A DNA stretch of 20,000 nt from Stramenopiles sp. TOSAG23-3 (taxonomy: Eukaryota). Position numbers and translations under genes: made by a program. Shown here in pieces: positions 19,621 through 20,000 of the stretch. Positions within the stretch are counted from its first letter, which is position 1. Each line of letters opens with the position of its first letter. Where the stretch lies: contig LT642150.1 in the NCBI GenBank assembly GCA_900128585.1, positions 50,752 to 70,751 on the forward strand. The letters are read 5' to 3'. The notes below the pieces were generated by a model, which worked only from the letters and a program-made list of their open reading frames with translations, ran no database searches and had not been told where the DNA came from.

Positions 19621-20000
19621 CTTTTCACCTTCAAATCGTAAAATATCGCTTCAACCCGTCCTCCACTCGTCAATTTAAGAATATTTGAAGGTATGCCTCT
19701 CCACTGACTGGAATTCCTTCCCTCGAATTCTTTATTGTATACATATACGTATAAGTTAAAATTTCAAAGTTTCTTGTAATAATAAAATAATATATATTTA
19801 GACAACTAAAAAATAATAATTAATAAAATAATAATAAAATAATATAGTAGTCAGTCGGTCTATAAGAAGAATAGAAGTCATTTTAATCGGACAGTGAAGA
19901 AAGAAAAAAAAACTCAACATGGCGTTTTTCTTCCTTTTTTTGTTATTTTGCCTGCTATTTACCTTGTGCAACTTTGTGTTTAACTTTTTCGAGTTGAATT

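Noticed and set aside
1..20000. Alternative genetic code
   Set aside because: Conserved genes translate full length with the standard code, and TAA, TAG and TGA all occur at plausible ends.

Overview
Gene-dense eukaryotic nuclear DNA from a flagellated protist. A stramenopile-like origin is only my inference; the taxon cannot be fixed from this window. About ten apparently intronless genes with roughly balanced GC alternate with very AT-rich, low-complexity spacers. In order: cationic amino acid transporter (-, runs off the left edge, absent from the ORF track), divergent MATE-like transporter (-), DAW1/ODA16 (-), TPR + YkgJ-type cysteine-cluster protein (+), LACTB2-like metallo-beta-lactamase ending in SKL (-), PP2C phosphatase (-), RPL37A/eL43 (+), a possible 81-aa orphan (-), a degenerate DOT1-like methyltransferase-fold protein with a repeated SSP..LL.RK motif tail (+), and LCMT1 (-). 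I see no RNA genes, CRISPR arrays or recognisable mobile elements, and no clearly supported new multi-gene system. The best leads are the two uncharacterised proteins (7778-9730, 16416-18140), the PTS1 on the LACTB2 homologue, and an over-represented intergenic TACWGTA motif.
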